In this document: piece after piece, positions 12,149 through 23,350 of the stretch
Layout of the letters: each line of letters begins with the position of its first letter
How positions within the stretch are numbered: the first letter of the stretch is position 1
Assembly (NCBI GenBank): GCA_020638295.1
Contig: JACKIU010000002.1
Span: 505,495 to 569,494 of the forward strand
From: Rhodospirillales bacterium
GTDB taxonomy: Bacteria > Pseudomonadota > Alphaproteobacteria > Micavibrionales > Micavibrionaceae
Length of the DNA stretch: 64,000 nucleotides
Direction of reading: 5' to 3'
Made by a program: the position numbers and the translations under genes
The notes under the pieces: model-generated
The model's input: the letters and a program-made list of their open reading frames with translations, nothing else
Told to the model about the DNA's origin: nothing
The model's database searches: none

Positions 12149-14068
12149 TTACGCCCCCTGCGGCGCTTTCCCACCGGCAAAACCGCCACCTGACGGGACC
12201 GAAGATTTCGGCGTTGTATCCTCAGGCGGTTCGTTATCACTATCGCGCAAAATCGGCCTGCCCGCCAGCACATCCTTAATCTCATCGCCGGACAGCAATT
12301 CATATTCCAGCAAAGCCTTGGCCAGCTTGTGCAAATCCCCAAGATTGTCCGTCAAAATCTGCTTGGCCCGGTTATACCCTTCCTCAACAATACGCCGCAC
12401 TTCGGCATCCACCAGCGCGGCAGTTCCATCGGACATATTCTTGGATTGCGTCACGCTATGGCCCAAAAACACCTCTTCCTGATCCTGCGCATAGCGGATC
12501 GTGCCCAGTTTTTCGGAAAAGCCCCATTCGGTCACCATCTTCCGCGCCATGTTCGTCGCCTGCTGAATATCGCTGCTCGCCCCCGTGGTGACTTTCTCGC
12601 CGCCGAAAATAATCTCTTCAGCCACGCGTCCGCCCATCGCCACCGACAAATCCGCCTTCAGCTTTTCCAGACTCATCGATAATCGATCACTTTCCGGCAA
12701 GCGCATCACCAGCCCCAGCGCCCGGCCTCGCGGCACAATCGTCGCCTTGTGAATAGGGTCCGAAGCCGGTTCATGCATCCCGACCAGCGCGTGCCCGGCT
12801 TCATGATACGCGGTGAGTTTCTTCTCATCTTCGCTCATCACCATCGATTTACGCTCGGACCCCATCAGCACCTTATCCTTGGCGTCTTCCAGCTCATCCA
12901 TCCCGACAACCCGCTTGCCGCGCCGCGCTGCCAAGAGCGCCGCTTCATTGACGAGGTTCGCCAGATCCGCCCCGCTAAAGCCCGGCGTCCCGCGCGCAAT
13001 CACCACCGGCTCGACATTATTGGCCAGGGGCACTTTCTTCATATGCACTTCGAGGATTTTTTCCCGCCCCTTAATATCAGGAAGCGGCACCACAATCTGC
13101 CGGTCGAAACGCCCCGGACGCAAAAGCGCCGGGTCCAGAACATCCGGACGGTTGGTCGCGGCCAGAATAATCACGCCCTCATTGGACTCAAACCCGTCCA
13201 TCTCAACCAGCAATTGGTTCAACGTCTGCTCGCGCTCGTCATTCCCGCCACCAAGTCCGGCACCGCGATGCCGCCCTACCGCATCGATCTCGTCGATAAA
13301 AATAATACACGGCGCATTCTTCTTGCCCTGCTCGAACATATCCCGCACCCGGCTCGCCCCCACCCCGACGAACATCTCAACAAAGTCCGAACCGGAAATC
13401 GTAAAGAACGGCACATCCGCCTCACCGGCCACGGCCCGCGCAATCAGAGTCTTACCCGTCCCCGGCTGACCGACCAAAAGCGCCCCTTTCGGAATTTTCC
13501 CGCCCAGCCGTGAGAACTTCTGCGGATCTTTCAAAAACTCGACAACCTCCTCCAGCTCCTGCTTGGCCTCTTCAATCCCCGCGACATCTTCGAATGTCAC
13601 CCGACCGTGCTTCTCGGTCAGCATCTTGGCCCGGCTCTTGCCAAAGCCCATTGCCCCGCCGCCGCCTTTGCCCTGCATCTGGCGCATGAAGAAAATCCAT
13701 ACGCCCACAATCAGCATCGCCGGCAGCAATGCTATCAGAATATCCATCAAGGTGGTTTGCTGCGGATCTTCCCTGGCCGCCGCAATCTGCACCGCGCTGC
13801 CCTCGAGGCGATCGACGACATTTTCATTCGGCGGCACCATAACGCGGAACTCATCACCGCTTGAGGCAAAAACCCCGTGCAGTTCCTGCCCCTTAATCGT
13901 CACATTGGAAATACGGCCCGCCCGCGCATCGGCCATAAATTCGCTATAGGAAATCATGTTCGAGTGGCTCACCGCACCTTGCTGCGCGCCTTGAAAAATG
14001 TTGAACAGGAAAATCATGGTCAGCCCGATCGCCAGCCAGAAAATCAGATTGCGTCCAAATCCATTCAC
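12149..14068 (-). CDS. ftsH: ATP-dependent zinc metalloprotease FtsH
   Basis: Walker A is GQPGTGKT, the second region of homology is present, and the zinc site is HEAGHAL. The start is GTG with an AAGGGA SD. Confidence 0.97.
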   Translation of the reverse strand: MNGFGRNLIFWLAIGLTMIFLFNIFQGAQQGAVSHSNMISYSEFMADARAGRISNVTIKGQELHGVFASSGDEFRVMVPPNENVVDRLEGSAVQIAAAREDPQQTTLMDILIALLPAMLIVGVWIFFMRQMQGKGGGGAMGFGKSRAKMLTEKHGRVTFEDVAGIEEAKQELEEVVEFLKDPQKFSRLGGKIPKGALLVGQPGTGKTLIARAVAGEADVPFFTISGSDFVEMFVGVGASRVRDMFEQGKKNAPCIIFIDEIDAVGRHRGAGLGGGNDEREQTLNQLLVEMDGFESNEGVIILAATNRPDVLDPALLRPGRFDRQIVVPLPDIKGREKILEVHMKKVPLANNVEPVVIARGTPGFSGADLANLVNEAALLAARRGKRVVGMDELEDAKDKVLMGSERKSMVMSEDEKKLTAYHEAGHALVGMHEPASDPIHKATIVPRGRALGLVMRLPESDRLSMSLEKLKADLSVAMGGRVAEEIIFGGEKVTTGASSDIQQATNMARKMVTEWGFSEKLGTIRYAQDQEEVFLGHSVTQSKNMSDGTAALVDAEVRRIVEEGYNRAKQILTDNLGDLHKLAKALLEYELLSGDEIKDVLAGRPILRDSDNEPPEDTTPKSSVPSGGGFAGGKAPQGA

Positions 14069-14232
14069 GATTGATTATCCCTTCTTCAATTAAAGTGTGA
14101 CGTCAATGTAATTCAATTTCCCGTACAAACAAGGAAAATCGGGTTTTTCGCGCGGTTTTCCTGAAAACCACAAAGCTTTGAGGCTGGCATAGATAAAGAT
14201 TGGGTAAGAGCAAAAACTGTAAAACCACTATC

Positions 14233-14556
14233 TCAGTTCACATGAATGAGAAACGGTACAACCATGATCAGGAACCAACAAACCAGAAAAACTATGCCTG
14301 CAATAGTTCCGTTACGCGCCGCAATGGAACGTTTTTTTAGCCATATTGGAAACAACAGACAGACACCAGCAAACAGCAGCGGCGGCGGCACAGGAATGGC
14401 TTTTCGAATCCAGAAAGCCCCCTGATAATCCAAAATGCGAACGAACATGTTCCCTGAATCTTGCGGGTCACCGACAGGATGCAACACAACGAGAAGGAGA
14501 AACGCCAGAGCAGGGGAAACTTCCAAAATCAAGCCTATCCATACAAGTTTCCTCAT
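14233..14556 (-). CDS. Hypothetical small membrane protein
   Basis: It has 3-4 TM helices. The ATG at 14556 has a GAGGA SD 6 nt upstream. It sits between ftsH and tilS in lower-GC sequence. Confidence 0.5.
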   Translation of the reverse strand: MRKLVWIGLILEVSPALAFLLLVVLHPVGDPQDSGNMFVRILDYQGAFWIRKAIPVPPPLLFAGVCLLFPIWLKKRSIAARNGTIAGIVFLVCWFLIMVVPFLIHVN

Positions 14557-14625
14557 TTCAATCCTCACTGAATCAATTGAGAGGCAGCACAGTGATTTTC
14601 TCTTAATCTATGCCTGCCCCAAATT

Positions 14626-15630
14626 TTAATTTTCCAGCTCCATCTGCAAAACATCCATCCCGCTATCACACGAAAACACCACACCGCCGAGCGTCCGTTT
14701 TCGAAACGCTTCGCTGCGATTTTGGGCTGTCAACAAATCACTGACCAGTGCTTCAATCCTTTCCATCCGCGGCGCATAATCTGCACCGGACCGTAAATCC
14801 GCCAGCCCGAGCAAAACACAGCGCAGAACAATTTCCTCCGGTTGCGCGATAACATCACTTAATTTTAATACGATGTGTTTCGTATCTTTTTTAAGGGTCG
14901 CTTGTTTATAGACCCGCAAAGTCAGCTCTTGCAAGGCTTTTCGGGCTCTGGCGAGACGCTGTGCCGTCACACTCAGCCGCTTGGCCGACAGCCCTTCCTC
15001 CTCCAAAACCGTGCGCGCACGCCGCAAACGCACCCGCGCATAATCCGGATTTTCATTACTCGGATCTTCGACATAAGGAACATGTTCCGCCGCGCAATAG
15101 GTCAGAATATCGTCTTTGCCCCACCCCAGCAAAGGCCGCACCAGACTCAAATTCTCATCATACGCTTGCACCGACTGCATCCCGGACAATCCGTCCAGTC
15201 CACTCCCCTTGGCCAACCGAAACAGCACCGTCTCGGCCTGATCATCGCGATGATGCGCCAAAAATAAACAGGAAATATCATGAACCCGGCAATACTCGGC
15301 CATCAACCGATACCGCGCCTTGCGCGCCTCTTCCTGAATGGCTGTATCCGCCGGATTTTCCCAGCGCAAGATATGGTGCTTAACCCCCGGCCAATCGGCC
15401 AGCCACACGCCCACCTGCGCCGCTTCCTCCGCCGCCTCAGTGCGTAAACCGTGATCGACGCTCAGCGCATGCACAGTAATCCTCCGCTTCTCCGCCCAGC
15501 CCACCAGCATCCGGCACAGCGCCATCGAATCCGGCCCGCCCGACACGGCCACAGCGATCACATCAACGCCGGACCAGTCCAGTCTGAGCTTTTGCATCTC
15601 GAAGTCAAATTTTTCAGAAGTAACACCCAT
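14626..15630 (-). CDS. tilS: tRNA(Ile)-lysidine synthetase
   Basis: It carries the PP-loop motif VAVSGGPDSMAL. Its position directly upstream of ftsH is the classical arrangement. Confidence 0.9.
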   Translation of the reverse strand: MGVTSEKFDFEMQKLRLDWSGVDVIAVAVSGGPDSMALCRMLVGWAEKRRITVHALSVDHGLRTEAAEEAAQVGVWLADWPGVKHHILRWENPADTAIQEEARKARYRLMAEYCRVHDISCLFLAHHRDDQAETVLFRLAKGSGLDGLSGMQSVQAYDENLSLVRPLLGWGKDDILTYCAAEHVPYVEDPSNENPDYARVRLRRARTVLEEEGLSAKRLSVTAQRLARARKALQELTLRVYKQATLKKDTKHIVLKLSDVIAQPEEIVLRCVLLGLADLRSGADYAPRMERIEALVSDLLTAQNRSEAFRKRTLGGVVFSCDSGMDVLQMELEN

Positions 15631-15759
15631 AACTTAAAACCCAAAGCGCCGCAGGCAATAACAAATATGCGATTTGCTGAAAACATGTTTTATTTGCTAT
15701 TCGGCGCGACATCAAAAAACGCTGTGATCACCGTACCCGCTGCTGTGTTCAAACGAAAA

Positions 15760-16731
15760 TCAACAGCCCAAACGGGACATTTCTTGATCCGCCCGCCGCA
15801 ACACCGGCGCAGCCCCGGCCGGATTTTCTTTCTTCAACTGGCGCAGCGCCACACAGGCGTCTTCACGCTTACCCAGCGCATCCAGCGACAAACCGAGCTT
15901 CAGCAAATTATCACCGGCTTTCGAGCCCTTGGGATCTTTCTGATACCCTTCGGCAAAAACGCGCGCCGCCGATTCAAACTCACCGCGCACATAATGCGTT
16001 TCCCCCAGCCAATAGCGCGCATTGCTGGCCAGCGCATGATCGGGATGATCACGTAAAAAACTCTCAAACTCGGTTTGCGCCGCCTTGTATTGGCGATTTT
16101 TGACCATCGCAAAGGCGTTTTCGTAAGTCGCCGCCGCCAGATCGCCGCCGCCGCTATCGCCCGTAGCATTATAGGAACCAAGCTGCCCGGCCTCGGCAGC
16201 GTTATTATTAGAAGAACTCCACTGATAGGTTGGCCCGGCCCCTTGCCCGGCAGAATCCGTTGAAGCTCCCGTATTCACCGACGAAGGGACCGTATAAAGC
16301 ATACCGGAGGAAGCGCCGGCACTGCCCGAACGCTGCCCGCCGCCATGACTTTCCAGATCATTCATCCGCAATTCCATATCGCTGGTAAAACGTTCGAGTT
16401 GATCTTTCATCTGGCGAATTTCAAAAGACTGCCGTTCAAGCTGCCCGCGCAAATCGCGCATCTCGGTTTCAATCTGCTGCAGACGAACTTCAACATCCGC
16501 CCCGCCCGACGACGCACCACCACCGGAAAAACTTCCCGGCGGCGGTTTTTCACCGCGGTAAACCGCCCGGCTCAACGTATCGATTTCATTCTCCAGCCGC
16601 TTAATCCGGTTTTGCATATCCCAATCGCCCTGCGCCCAGACCGGAGCCGAACCCACAACAATCAGAACAGCCAAAAGGCCTGAAATTTTCCAGGCCCTTT
16701 GCTTAAAACAATGGATAGTAAAAATTGTCAT
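15760..16731 (-). CDS. cpoB: Tol-Pal system protein YbgF/CpoB
   Basis: It has a signal peptide, a coiled-coil (RIKRLENEIDTL, LRGQLERQSFEIRQMKDQLE) and a C-terminal TPR region. It lies immediately downstream of pal. Confidence 0.85.
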   Translation of the reverse strand: MTIFTIHCFKQRAWKISGLLAVLIVVGSAPVWAQGDWDMQNRIKRLENEIDTLSRAVYRGEKPPPGSFSGGGASSGGADVEVRLQQIETEMRDLRGQLERQSFEIRQMKDQLERFTSDMELRMNDLESHGGGQRSGSAGASSGMLYTVPSSVNTGASTDSAGQGAGPTYQWSSSNNNAAEAGQLGSYNATGDSGGGDLAAATYENAFAMVKNRQYKAAQTEFESFLRDHPDHALASNARYWLGETHYVRGEFESAARVFAEGYQKDPKGSKAGDNLLKLGLSLDALGKREDACVALRQLKKENPAGAAPVLRRADQEMSRLGC

Positions 16732-16755
16732 TCACAAACCATTTATCAAAGTTTG

Positions 16756-17319
16756 TTAGTCAACTTTAGTCACAGAACGGCGATTCTGCGCCCACGCCGA
16801 CTCATCCGCCCCCGGAACAGCCGGACGCTCTTTACCATAACTGATCGTTTGGATACGTGAAGGGGCAATCCCCAGCGCGCTCAGGTAATTGCGCACAGAG
16901 TTTGCGCGGCGCTCACCTAAAGCCAGGTTATATTCACGCGTCCCACGTTCATCGGCATGGCCTTCAACGGTCACATTCAGGCTTGGATATTGCTCAAGCC
17001 ATGCAGCCTGCTTATCCAAAGTCTGGCGCGCCTCGCCGCTCAGATCATAACGGTCGGTACCAAAGAAAATACGGTCGCCGACATTGACGACCAGATCAGC
17101 CTGCGTTCCCGGCACCGGACCTTGCATATCGCCTTGATAAATCTGGTCGAGCGGACCGTCGGTAATCCCTTCACGCTCAGCAGCCGTCTGGCCGTCGAGC
17201 ACAACTTCTTCATCCTTTGAAGAACAGGCCGATACTAAAAATACAACAGCCAAAATCATCATCAGGCGCGACAATGCAAACGTCTTACCGGAAGCATTGC
17301 GAAACATTGAGCAGGTCAT
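16756..17319 (-). CDS. pal: Peptidoglycan-associated lipoprotein Pal (OmpA family)
   Basis: It has the lipobox LVSAC and an OmpA-like C-terminus (VEGHADERGTREYNLALGERRANSV). The ATG at 17319 has a GGAGAAG SD. Confidence 0.9.
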   Translation of the reverse strand: MTCSMFRNASGKTFALSRLMMILAVVFLVSACSSKDEEVVLDGQTAAEREGITDGPLDQIYQGDMQGPVPGTQADLVVNVGDRIFFGTDRYDLSGEARQTLDKQAAWLEQYPSLNVTVEGHADERGTREYNLALGERRANSVRNYLSALGIAPSRIQTISYGKERPAVPGADESAWAQNRRSVTKVD

Positions 17320-17504
17320 AATCTTCTCCATTAAACAGGTTAAGCATCGAAACAAACACGATGCGCAGTTACGCAGAATCAAGTTTTATTCGGTTACAAA
17401 CAACCGCGCAAGAGAGATGATTTTTTACCGCCAACTTATCCTTACAAACATCTTACGCTTGAAAACGCAAAACCATCCTCAAAAAAATTAAGCAGCTCAT
17501 GCAG

Positions 17505-18380
17505 CTACTGGCCATTCCAGAAAATTTCTTCGCTTTCTATGCCTTCACGCTGCACAGGCGCTGCCATTGGGTCCTGACGAATAATAATCGGCTCGCTGGT
17601 TTCCTGTTTAAAAACCGGATCGACATTATTCGGGTAACTCTCACTGGCTGAGTTCTGGGCTTGCGGCGCCTGTAAATCGATCGGCGTATTGCGATCTTCA
17701 TAGGGTTGCATCGGCACCGACTGCCCCTGCTCGTTTTGATAAACATAGTTATCGTCATAAGTGCTTTGGTACTGCATCGGCTCGTTTGCTGCCGCCTCGG
17801 AATCGGCTCCCACAAATTTCACATAGCTGACCACGCCGTTTACGCCGTTAATCGTTCGCGCCGTTTCAATCACCCGGTTAAGCTCCGCCCGGTTCTGCGC
17901 AAAGCCCATCAGATAGACCGTCCCGCGCACCGTATCGATCGAATAATTGATCGACAAAATCTCCCGGTCGAACGTAATCGCCGTGCGCAGGCGAGTCGTA
18001 ATCCACGTATCCTTGGCAAAACCGACCAGCCCTTCGCTCTCGGCAATCTGAATCTCGTTAATCACCTGCTTCACGCCTCTGGGCTGCCAGGCCAGCCGTA
18101 CCGCCTCAACTCGATCCTCCGGATCCTGCACCACGCCGGTAATCAGCACGCGCCCCTGATTAATCGTCAAATCCAGCTTGCGGAAGGTCTCAACATCATA
18201 CTTAAACCACAAATCGTTGATCGCAATCTGAATGCGCGCATCATCAACAGCCGCAGACAAACCGCCTTCCTGCGCCGCCGCAATCCCGGCCGTTGCTCCC
18301 GCTCCGGCAGCAACTCCGAGCGCCGAACAACCCGGCAACATCAACAAACACAAAGACAAAACGAAAAATTTACGAACCAT
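17505..18380 (-). CDS. BON domain lipoprotein (OsmY/DolP-like)
   Basis: It has the lipobox LMLPGC and two BON-like repeats (ARIQIAINDLWF..., DTWITTRLRTAITFD...). The start may be 18380 or 18389. Confidence 0.75.
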   Translation of the reverse strand: MVRKFFVLSLCLLMLPGCSALGVAAGAGATAGIAAAQEGGLSAAVDDARIQIAINDLWFKYDVETFRKLDLTINQGRVLITGVVQDPEDRVEAVRLAWQPRGVKQVINEIQIAESEGLVGFAKDTWITTRLRTAITFDREILSINYSIDTVRGTVYLMGFAQNRAELNRVIETARTINGVNGVVSYVKFVGADSEAAANEPMQYQSTYDDNYVYQNEQGQSVPMQPYEDRNTPIDLQAPQAQNSASESYPNNVDPVFKQETSEPIIIRQDPMAAPVQREGIESEEIFWNGQ

Positions 18381-18423
18381 AATGAACATCCTGAAAAAAC
18401 GGAATCAAAAAGATAGGAGTTTA

Positions 18424-18825
18424 TTATTGTCCGTCAAACCACGCATTGTCCAGATGAAGCACGGAAACTGCCCCCAACAGATTAAGCCCGCCCTGCAAAA
18501 CACCCGGCGGCACCACCATCACATCAAACCGCATATCCAGTCCTGCAAATTCCTCATGCTCAGCCAAATAATGCCGCGCCGCCGACTCAATCCGCCGCCG
18601 CGTTCGCGTGTTCACCGCATAAAGCGCCTCTTCTTCTGATCGGTGCGCCTTAACCTCAACGAACGCCAGCATATCGCCCTTACGCGCAATCAGATCAATC
18701 TCACCCCCGCGCGTTTTATAACGCTGTTCAAGAATCTTATATCCTTTTAATCGCAAGGCATTCGCTGCAACCTGCTCGGCCTTGACCCCGCGCTGGTAAG
18801 CGGCTTTCTTCGCGCCCGCGCTCAC
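18424..18825 (-). CDS. yraN: YraN family endonuclease-like protein (UPF0102)
   Basis: GVKAEQVAANALRLKGYKILEQRYKTRGGEIDLIARKGDMLAFVEVK is the family signature. Its start forms a GTGA overlap with the rsmI stop. Confidence 0.85.
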   Translation of the reverse strand: MSAGAKKAAYQRGVKAEQVAANALRLKGYKILEQRYKTRGGEIDLIARKGDMLAFVEVKAHRSEEEALYAVNTRTRRRIESAARHYLAEHEEFAGLDMRFDVMVVPPGVLQGGLNLLGAVSVLHLDNAWFDGQ

Positions 18826-19736
18826 CTCGATATCTCCAGCGCCAGCGCATAGAGCATCTTTTTCGCCTTCCCGGTGATCTCAGCCACATGCGCCGCCGCA
18901 GCCTTCGTCCCCATCTCCCGCAAAGCCGCCTTCAACAGCGCTTTCAATTCATCCTCGGAATAGGCCCGTCCCTGCATGGCCTCAATCACCAGCACAATCT
19001 CCCCCTTTGGCAAACCGTGCTCTTCATAATGCGCAATCAGGCTGGCAACATCATCCCGGCGCACCTCCTCATACAGCTTGGTCAACTCGCGCACCACCGC
19101 CACCCGCCGCCCCGGCAAAGCCGCTTCAATATCGCTGAGCGCCGCCAACAACCGCGGCGCCGTTTCAAACGCCACCAAAGTCCCCGGCGCATCCCGCCAT
19201 TCTTCCAGCGCCGCTTTACGCCCCGCGCTTTTCGTAGGCAAAAACCCGATAAACGAAAACTGATCCGAACCCAGCCCCGAAAGCTGCAATCCGGCCAGCG
19301 CCGCACTCGCCCCCGGCACACTCGTCACATTCAGCCCCGCCTCCTGCACCGCCGCGACCAGCTTAAACCCCGGATCGGAAACCAGCGGCATCCCGGCATC
19401 ACTCATCAACGCCAACGCCTCTCCACCCTTAATACGCGCAAGAATTTTGGCCCGCACCTTTCCATCGCTATGGTCGTTATAAACGCTGAGCCTGCTCGAT
19501 ATACCGTAATGCTTGAGCAACTTGCCCGAAACCCGGCTATCCTCGCACAGCACACCATCGGCCAAGGCCAGCGTATCCAGCGCCCGCACGGAAACATCGC
19601 GTAAATTGCCGATCGGGCTCGCCACCAGATACAGCCCCGGCTCAAGTAACCGCCCGTCCGCATCAGGGAGTAGCCAGCCCCGCGTTTTTTCTTTACTGTT
19701 CGGCTGTAATAAATTCTCAGACATGTTAAAGAGCAT
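18822..19736 (-). CDS. rsmI: 16S rRNA (cytidine1402-2'-O)-methyltransferase
   Basis: The tetrapyrrole-methylase-fold N-terminus is LYLVASPIGNLRDVSVRALDTLALADGVLCEDSR. The start is uncertain (19736 or 19724), and the ORF-track start at 19904 would overlap the divergent gene. Confidence 0.85.
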   Translation of the reverse strand: MLFNMSENLLQPNSKEKTRGWLLPDADGRLLEPGLYLVASPIGNLRDVSVRALDTLALADGVLCEDSRVSGKLLKHYGISSRLSVYNDHSDGKVRAKILARIKGGEALALMSDAGMPLVSDPGFKLVAAVQEAGLNVTSVPGASAALAGLQLSGLGSDQFSFIGFLPTKSAGRKAALEEWRDAPGTLVAFETAPRLLAALSDIEAALPGRRVAVVRELTKLYEEVRRDDVASLIAHYEEHGLPKGEIVLVIEAMQGRAYSEDELKALLKAALREMGTKAAAAHVAEITGKAKKMLYALALEISR

Positions 19737-19748
19737 ACTACTGAAAGA

Positions 19749-21053
19749 ATGGATAAGACAATGACGCAAAACCTCAAAGCCACTCTGATCGCCCTTTTTC
19801 TGCTCCTGCCTGCGCTCTCGCTCAGCGCCTGTCAGAGCAGCAGCGGCGGATATACACCGCACCGGGCCAGCGCGCCCTCTGCGCCCGCCCGGCAAGACCC
19901 GCACGTTTTGGAAAATCCATCATCAAACACGCTTTTAGGCAACCAGCAACAAGCCGCCCAAACAATGCGCATGGCCGACCTGCCTGCCGTTAAGGTTGGC
20001 ATCCTGCTGCCTCTAAGCGGCCAGCATCAAAAACTCGGCGAAGCCATGCTGAACGCCGCGCAAATGGCCCTGTTCGAAATCGGCCATGCCAATCTCGAAC
20101 TGATCCCCCGCGACACGCAAGGCACAGCCCAGGGCGCGGGGCAAGCCGCCAAATCAGCCATCGATTCCGGCGCGCAGCTTCTGCTCGGCCCGGTCTTTGC
20201 CCCCTCCGTACGCAGCGCCCAACCCATCGCCGCCCGCGCCCGAATCAACATGATCGCTTTTTCGACCGACTGGACGCTGGCCGGAAACAACACCTACATC
20301 ATGGGCTTTATGCCCTTTGATCAGGTCAGACGTGTCACGGGATATGCAGCGCGTCAGGGCATAGCCCGCGTCGGTATGCTCGGACCCGACACAGATTACG
20401 GACGTATCGTCGCAAGCGCCTTTAACGCCGCCGCACCGAGCTACAATATCGCCGTTACCGAAAACAAAACCTACCCTGCCAGCACCACAAATTTAGCTCC
20501 CATCATCAAAGACTTTACCCATTACGATGCGCGAAAATCCGCCGGGGCCTTGGCCCAATCGCCCTTTGATGCGGTCCTGATGCCTGTCGGCGGCCAGGAC
20601 GCCCGCTCCATCGGCAGCCTGCTCACCCACTATGGCCTGCCCCCGCGTAGCGTCCGGCGAATCGGCACAGGCCTTTTGGATGAAACCGCACTGGCCAGCG
20701 AAGCCAATCTCGAAGGCTCATGGTTTGCCGCCCCTACCCCCGCTTCGCGCCGCGCTTTTGAAGACCGTTATATGAACACCTACGGCGCCCGCGCCCCGCG
20801 CCTCACAACGCTCGCCTATGACGCAACGGCGCTGGCGGCAATCCTCGCCAGGCGCGGTCTGCAAGCAAGCGGACGCCCGGCCTTCGATCGCAATGCCATC
20901 ACCAACGCTAACGGTTTTTCGGGCCTCGACGGCATCTTCCGCTTCCGCTCCGACAACACTGCCGAACGCGGACTGGCCGTTTTGGAATTTCGCCGCGGCC
21001 AACTTGTTGTCGTTGAACAAGCCCCAACCAGCTTCCAGAACATGACGCAGTAA
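19749..21053 (+). CDS. LpoA-like penicillin-binding protein activator (periplasmic-binding-fold lipoprotein)
   Basis: It has the lipobox LSLSAC and a type-1 periplasmic binding fold body. It is divergent from rsmI, as in the conserved rsmI/lpoA neighbourhood. Confidence 0.7.
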   Translation: MDKTMTQNLKATLIALFLLLPALSLSACQSSSGGYTPHRASAPSAPARQDPHVLENPSSNTLLGNQQQAAQTMRMADLPAVKVGILLPLSGQHQKLGEAMLNAAQMALFEIGHANLELIPRDTQGTAQGAGQAAKSAIDSGAQLLLGPVFAPSVRSAQPIAARARINMIAFSTDWTLAGNNTYIMGFMPFDQVRRVTGYAARQGIARVGMLGPDTDYGRIVASAFNAAAPSYNIAVTENKTYPASTTNLAPIIKDFTHYDARKSAGALAQSPFDAVLMPVGGQDARSIGSLLTHYGLPPRSVRRIGTGLLDETALASEANLEGSWFAAPTPASRRAFEDRYMNTYGARAPRLTTLAYDATALAAILARRGLQASGRPAFDRNAITNANGFSGLDGIFRFRSDNTAERGLAVLEFRRGQLVVVEQAPTSFQNMTQ

Positions 21054-21124
21054 AAACCTTTATTTATATGTAATAATATTGGACTTTTCGGATATTATTT
21101 ATATCATCCACAAAAGTACATTTT

Positions 21125-21141
21125 TTTACAAAATTTGTAAA
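21125..21141. promoter_or_regulatory. Perfect 8-1-8 palindrome TTTACAAA-A-TTTGTAAA, candidate TetR operator
   Basis: The palindrome is seen directly. It lies about 105 bp upstream of the TetR-family gene in an AT-rich spacer. Confidence 0.4.
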
Positions 21142-21247
21142 TTCTCCCCTTGAATTTTAATCTCAAAGACGTCAATCTGCGTTCTCTGGAGTAAAAACCT
21201 TAAAATACGATACGAACTGTTTTAATTATCATTAAAAGGACAGAGTT

Positions 21248-21871
21248 ATGGCTCAGGCTGCTTTGCAAAATACAGACACCGCAAACACCCCAAAAGCGCA
21301 GGCCAAAAAAGGCCGCCCGCGCAGCGAAAAATCAAAAAACGCGATTCTAAAAGCCACCAACTCTCTCCTGCTGCACAGAAGCGTTCAGGAACTCTCGATC
21401 GAATCCATCGCGAAAAAAGCCAAAGTCGGCAAAACCACGATTTACCGCTGGTGGCCGAACAAAACCGCGATCGTTATGGATGCGCTCCGTTCCCAGCCCG
21501 GTATCCAAAGCCCGCTCCCGACACCAAAAACCAATGCCGAAGCCGTGGTCATGCAACTCGACAAACTCATCCGCATGCTTGACGGGAATAATGGCGACAC
21601 CATCGCCCAGCTCTTTTCCGAGGCACAGGCCGATACGAAAGCCCAAAAGATCTTCTCCGGCACATTCCTCACACCCTTGATCGATGCCATCGAATTCAGC
21701 ATCGAACAAGGCAAAGAACACAAGGAATTTCGCAACTCGCTCGATACGGCGCTGGCTGTCGACCTGCTGTGCGGCCCGATCTTCTTCCGCCTGCTCTCCC
21801 GCCCGGCGGACCTCAACGAAGATTTCCGCGAAACCTATCCAAAAGAAGCCGTCCGCCTGATCAGCGCATAA
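21248..21871 (+). CDS. TetR/AcrR family transcriptional regulator
   Basis: The N-terminal HTH is [23 protein letters not shown]. An AAGGA SD precedes the start. Confidence 0.9.
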   Translation: MAQAALQNTDTANTPKAQAKKGRPRSEKSKNAILKATNSLLLHRSVQELSIESIAKKAKVGKTTIYRWWPNKTAIVMDALRSQPGIQSPLPTPKTNAEAVVMQLDKLIRMLDGNNGDTIAQLFSEAQADTKAQKIFSGTFLTPLIDAIEFSIEQGKEHKEFRNSLDTALAVDLLCGPIFFRLLSRPADLNEDFRETYPKEAVRLISA

Positions 21872-21893
21872 TCATTGTTTGGAATAGAAAGAT

Positions 21894-23204
21894 TTAAGCA
21901 GACTTAACCGCGCGGGAATCCTTTCGGAGCGGTTCCGGAACAACGCTGCCGGACAAATGACCGAGTGAAACCCGGTTACGTCCGGCTTCCTTGGATTCAT
22001 AAAGCGCCTCATCCGCCGCCTTCATCAACAACGCCACGCTATGGTTTTCACGCGGCTGCACACAGACATAACCCATACTGCTGGTATAATCCAAACCGCA
22101 ATTCTGCCCCTGCGCATCCTTATAACGACAAGGGGTTTTTTCAATCCTTTTGCGGAGGCGCTCAAGCGTTTTCATGGCATCATTTTGCCCGGTCTCAGTC
22201 AAAACCAGAGCAAATTCCTCACCGCCGATACGACCAATCACATCTTGCGGCCGCAATTCATTTTTCAGCAATTTTGCAAAATGAACAAGGACTTTGTCAC
22301 CAATATCATGCCCATATGTGTCATTCACGGACTTAAATTTATCCAGATCAAGCAATGCAAACGCCACCTCTTTACGATTTTCCTGCGCAGCCTTAAGAGC
22401 CTCTTGCGCCATGGTCATAAACGCCCGCCGGTTATTCAGCCCCGTCAACTCATCTTCATTGGCATGCCGGGACAGCATATTGTGATACTTTTTGATGCTC
22501 TTCACCAAAGGCCGGAAAATATAATACGCCTCAATCACCAAAACGATCAGAATAAACACGGTCATATAAAACTGGATTTGGAAATAACGCTGGATCTTTT
22601 CAATCGCTTCACGTTGATAATTGGCCAAAGCGGCATCCAGCCCCGGCAGGATTTTATCGCTATATTCCCGCGAAATAAACTTATGCAGTTTTTCCCTTCT
22701 GGCCGACTTATCCATGGCGCTATAAACAAGGAATTGATCGGTAAATTCTATAAAGGCATTGAGTTGGTTACCAAGGTTATAAGGCGGGCCGTAATATATT
22801 TGCTTCAAAGCTTCAGAACTGACATCTCCACCGAGTAGCTCGTCCAAAAACACCGGTTTGGAAATTGTATATTCAAGATACTGCTGCGACTTCTTGATCT
22901 GACCAAGAGCCGTCTGCAAAAATGTTAAATCAACCTCTTCACCATAACTATAATAATTTGTGGCATGAAACGAAACTTGCTGAACCAGCGACCGCTGCTG
23001 CCCGAGATAATAGGACACCTCAACCGTTTCCATCTGCACTTCCATAATATTGTCGGTAATGATATGTGCAAGATATGTCAGCAATGCAATCAGGCTAAAT
23101 GCCCCGATATAGGCATAGGTCAGCAGATCCCCTACTGATTTGCGTGGAAACAGATCAAAAAGCTGCCGAATTCGCCCAACATAATAATGACGCGTGTTGC
23201 TCAT
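21894..23204 (-). CDS. Membrane-anchored diguanylate cyclase (GGDEF)
   Basis: It has the active site RIGGEEF with an I-site RPQD 5 residues upstream. Two TM helices flank a periplasmic sensor region. The ATG is at 23204. Confidence 0.9.
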   Translation of the reverse strand: MSNTRHYYVGRIRQLFDLFPRKSVGDLLTYAYIGAFSLIALLTYLAHIITDNIMEVQMETVEVSYYLGQQRSLVQQVSFHATNYYSYGEEVDLTFLQTALGQIKKSQQYLEYTISKPVFLDELLGGDVSSEALKQIYYGPPYNLGNQLNAFIEFTDQFLVYSAMDKSARREKLHKFISREYSDKILPGLDAALANYQREAIEKIQRYFQIQFYMTVFILIVLVIEAYYIFRPLVKSIKKYHNMLSRHANEDELTGLNNRRAFMTMAQEALKAAQENRKEVAFALLDLDKFKSVNDTYGHDIGDKVLVHFAKLLKNELRPQDVIGRIGGEEFALVLTETGQNDAMKTLERLRKRIEKTPCRYKDAQGQNCGLDYTSSMGYVCVQPRENHSVALLMKAADEALYESKEAGRNRVSLGHLSGSVVPEPLRKDSRAVKSA

Positions 23205-23350
23205 ACATGCCCCCACATATACATTAAAGCAAATTTGTTTAATATTTCATAAACTTACCGCAAATATCATAGCAATAAATATCATGGCGATATGACAGCG
23301 TTCCGCTCTTTGCGCTTTTCAAGCGAAACCCAAAGCACTATTCTATCGAC

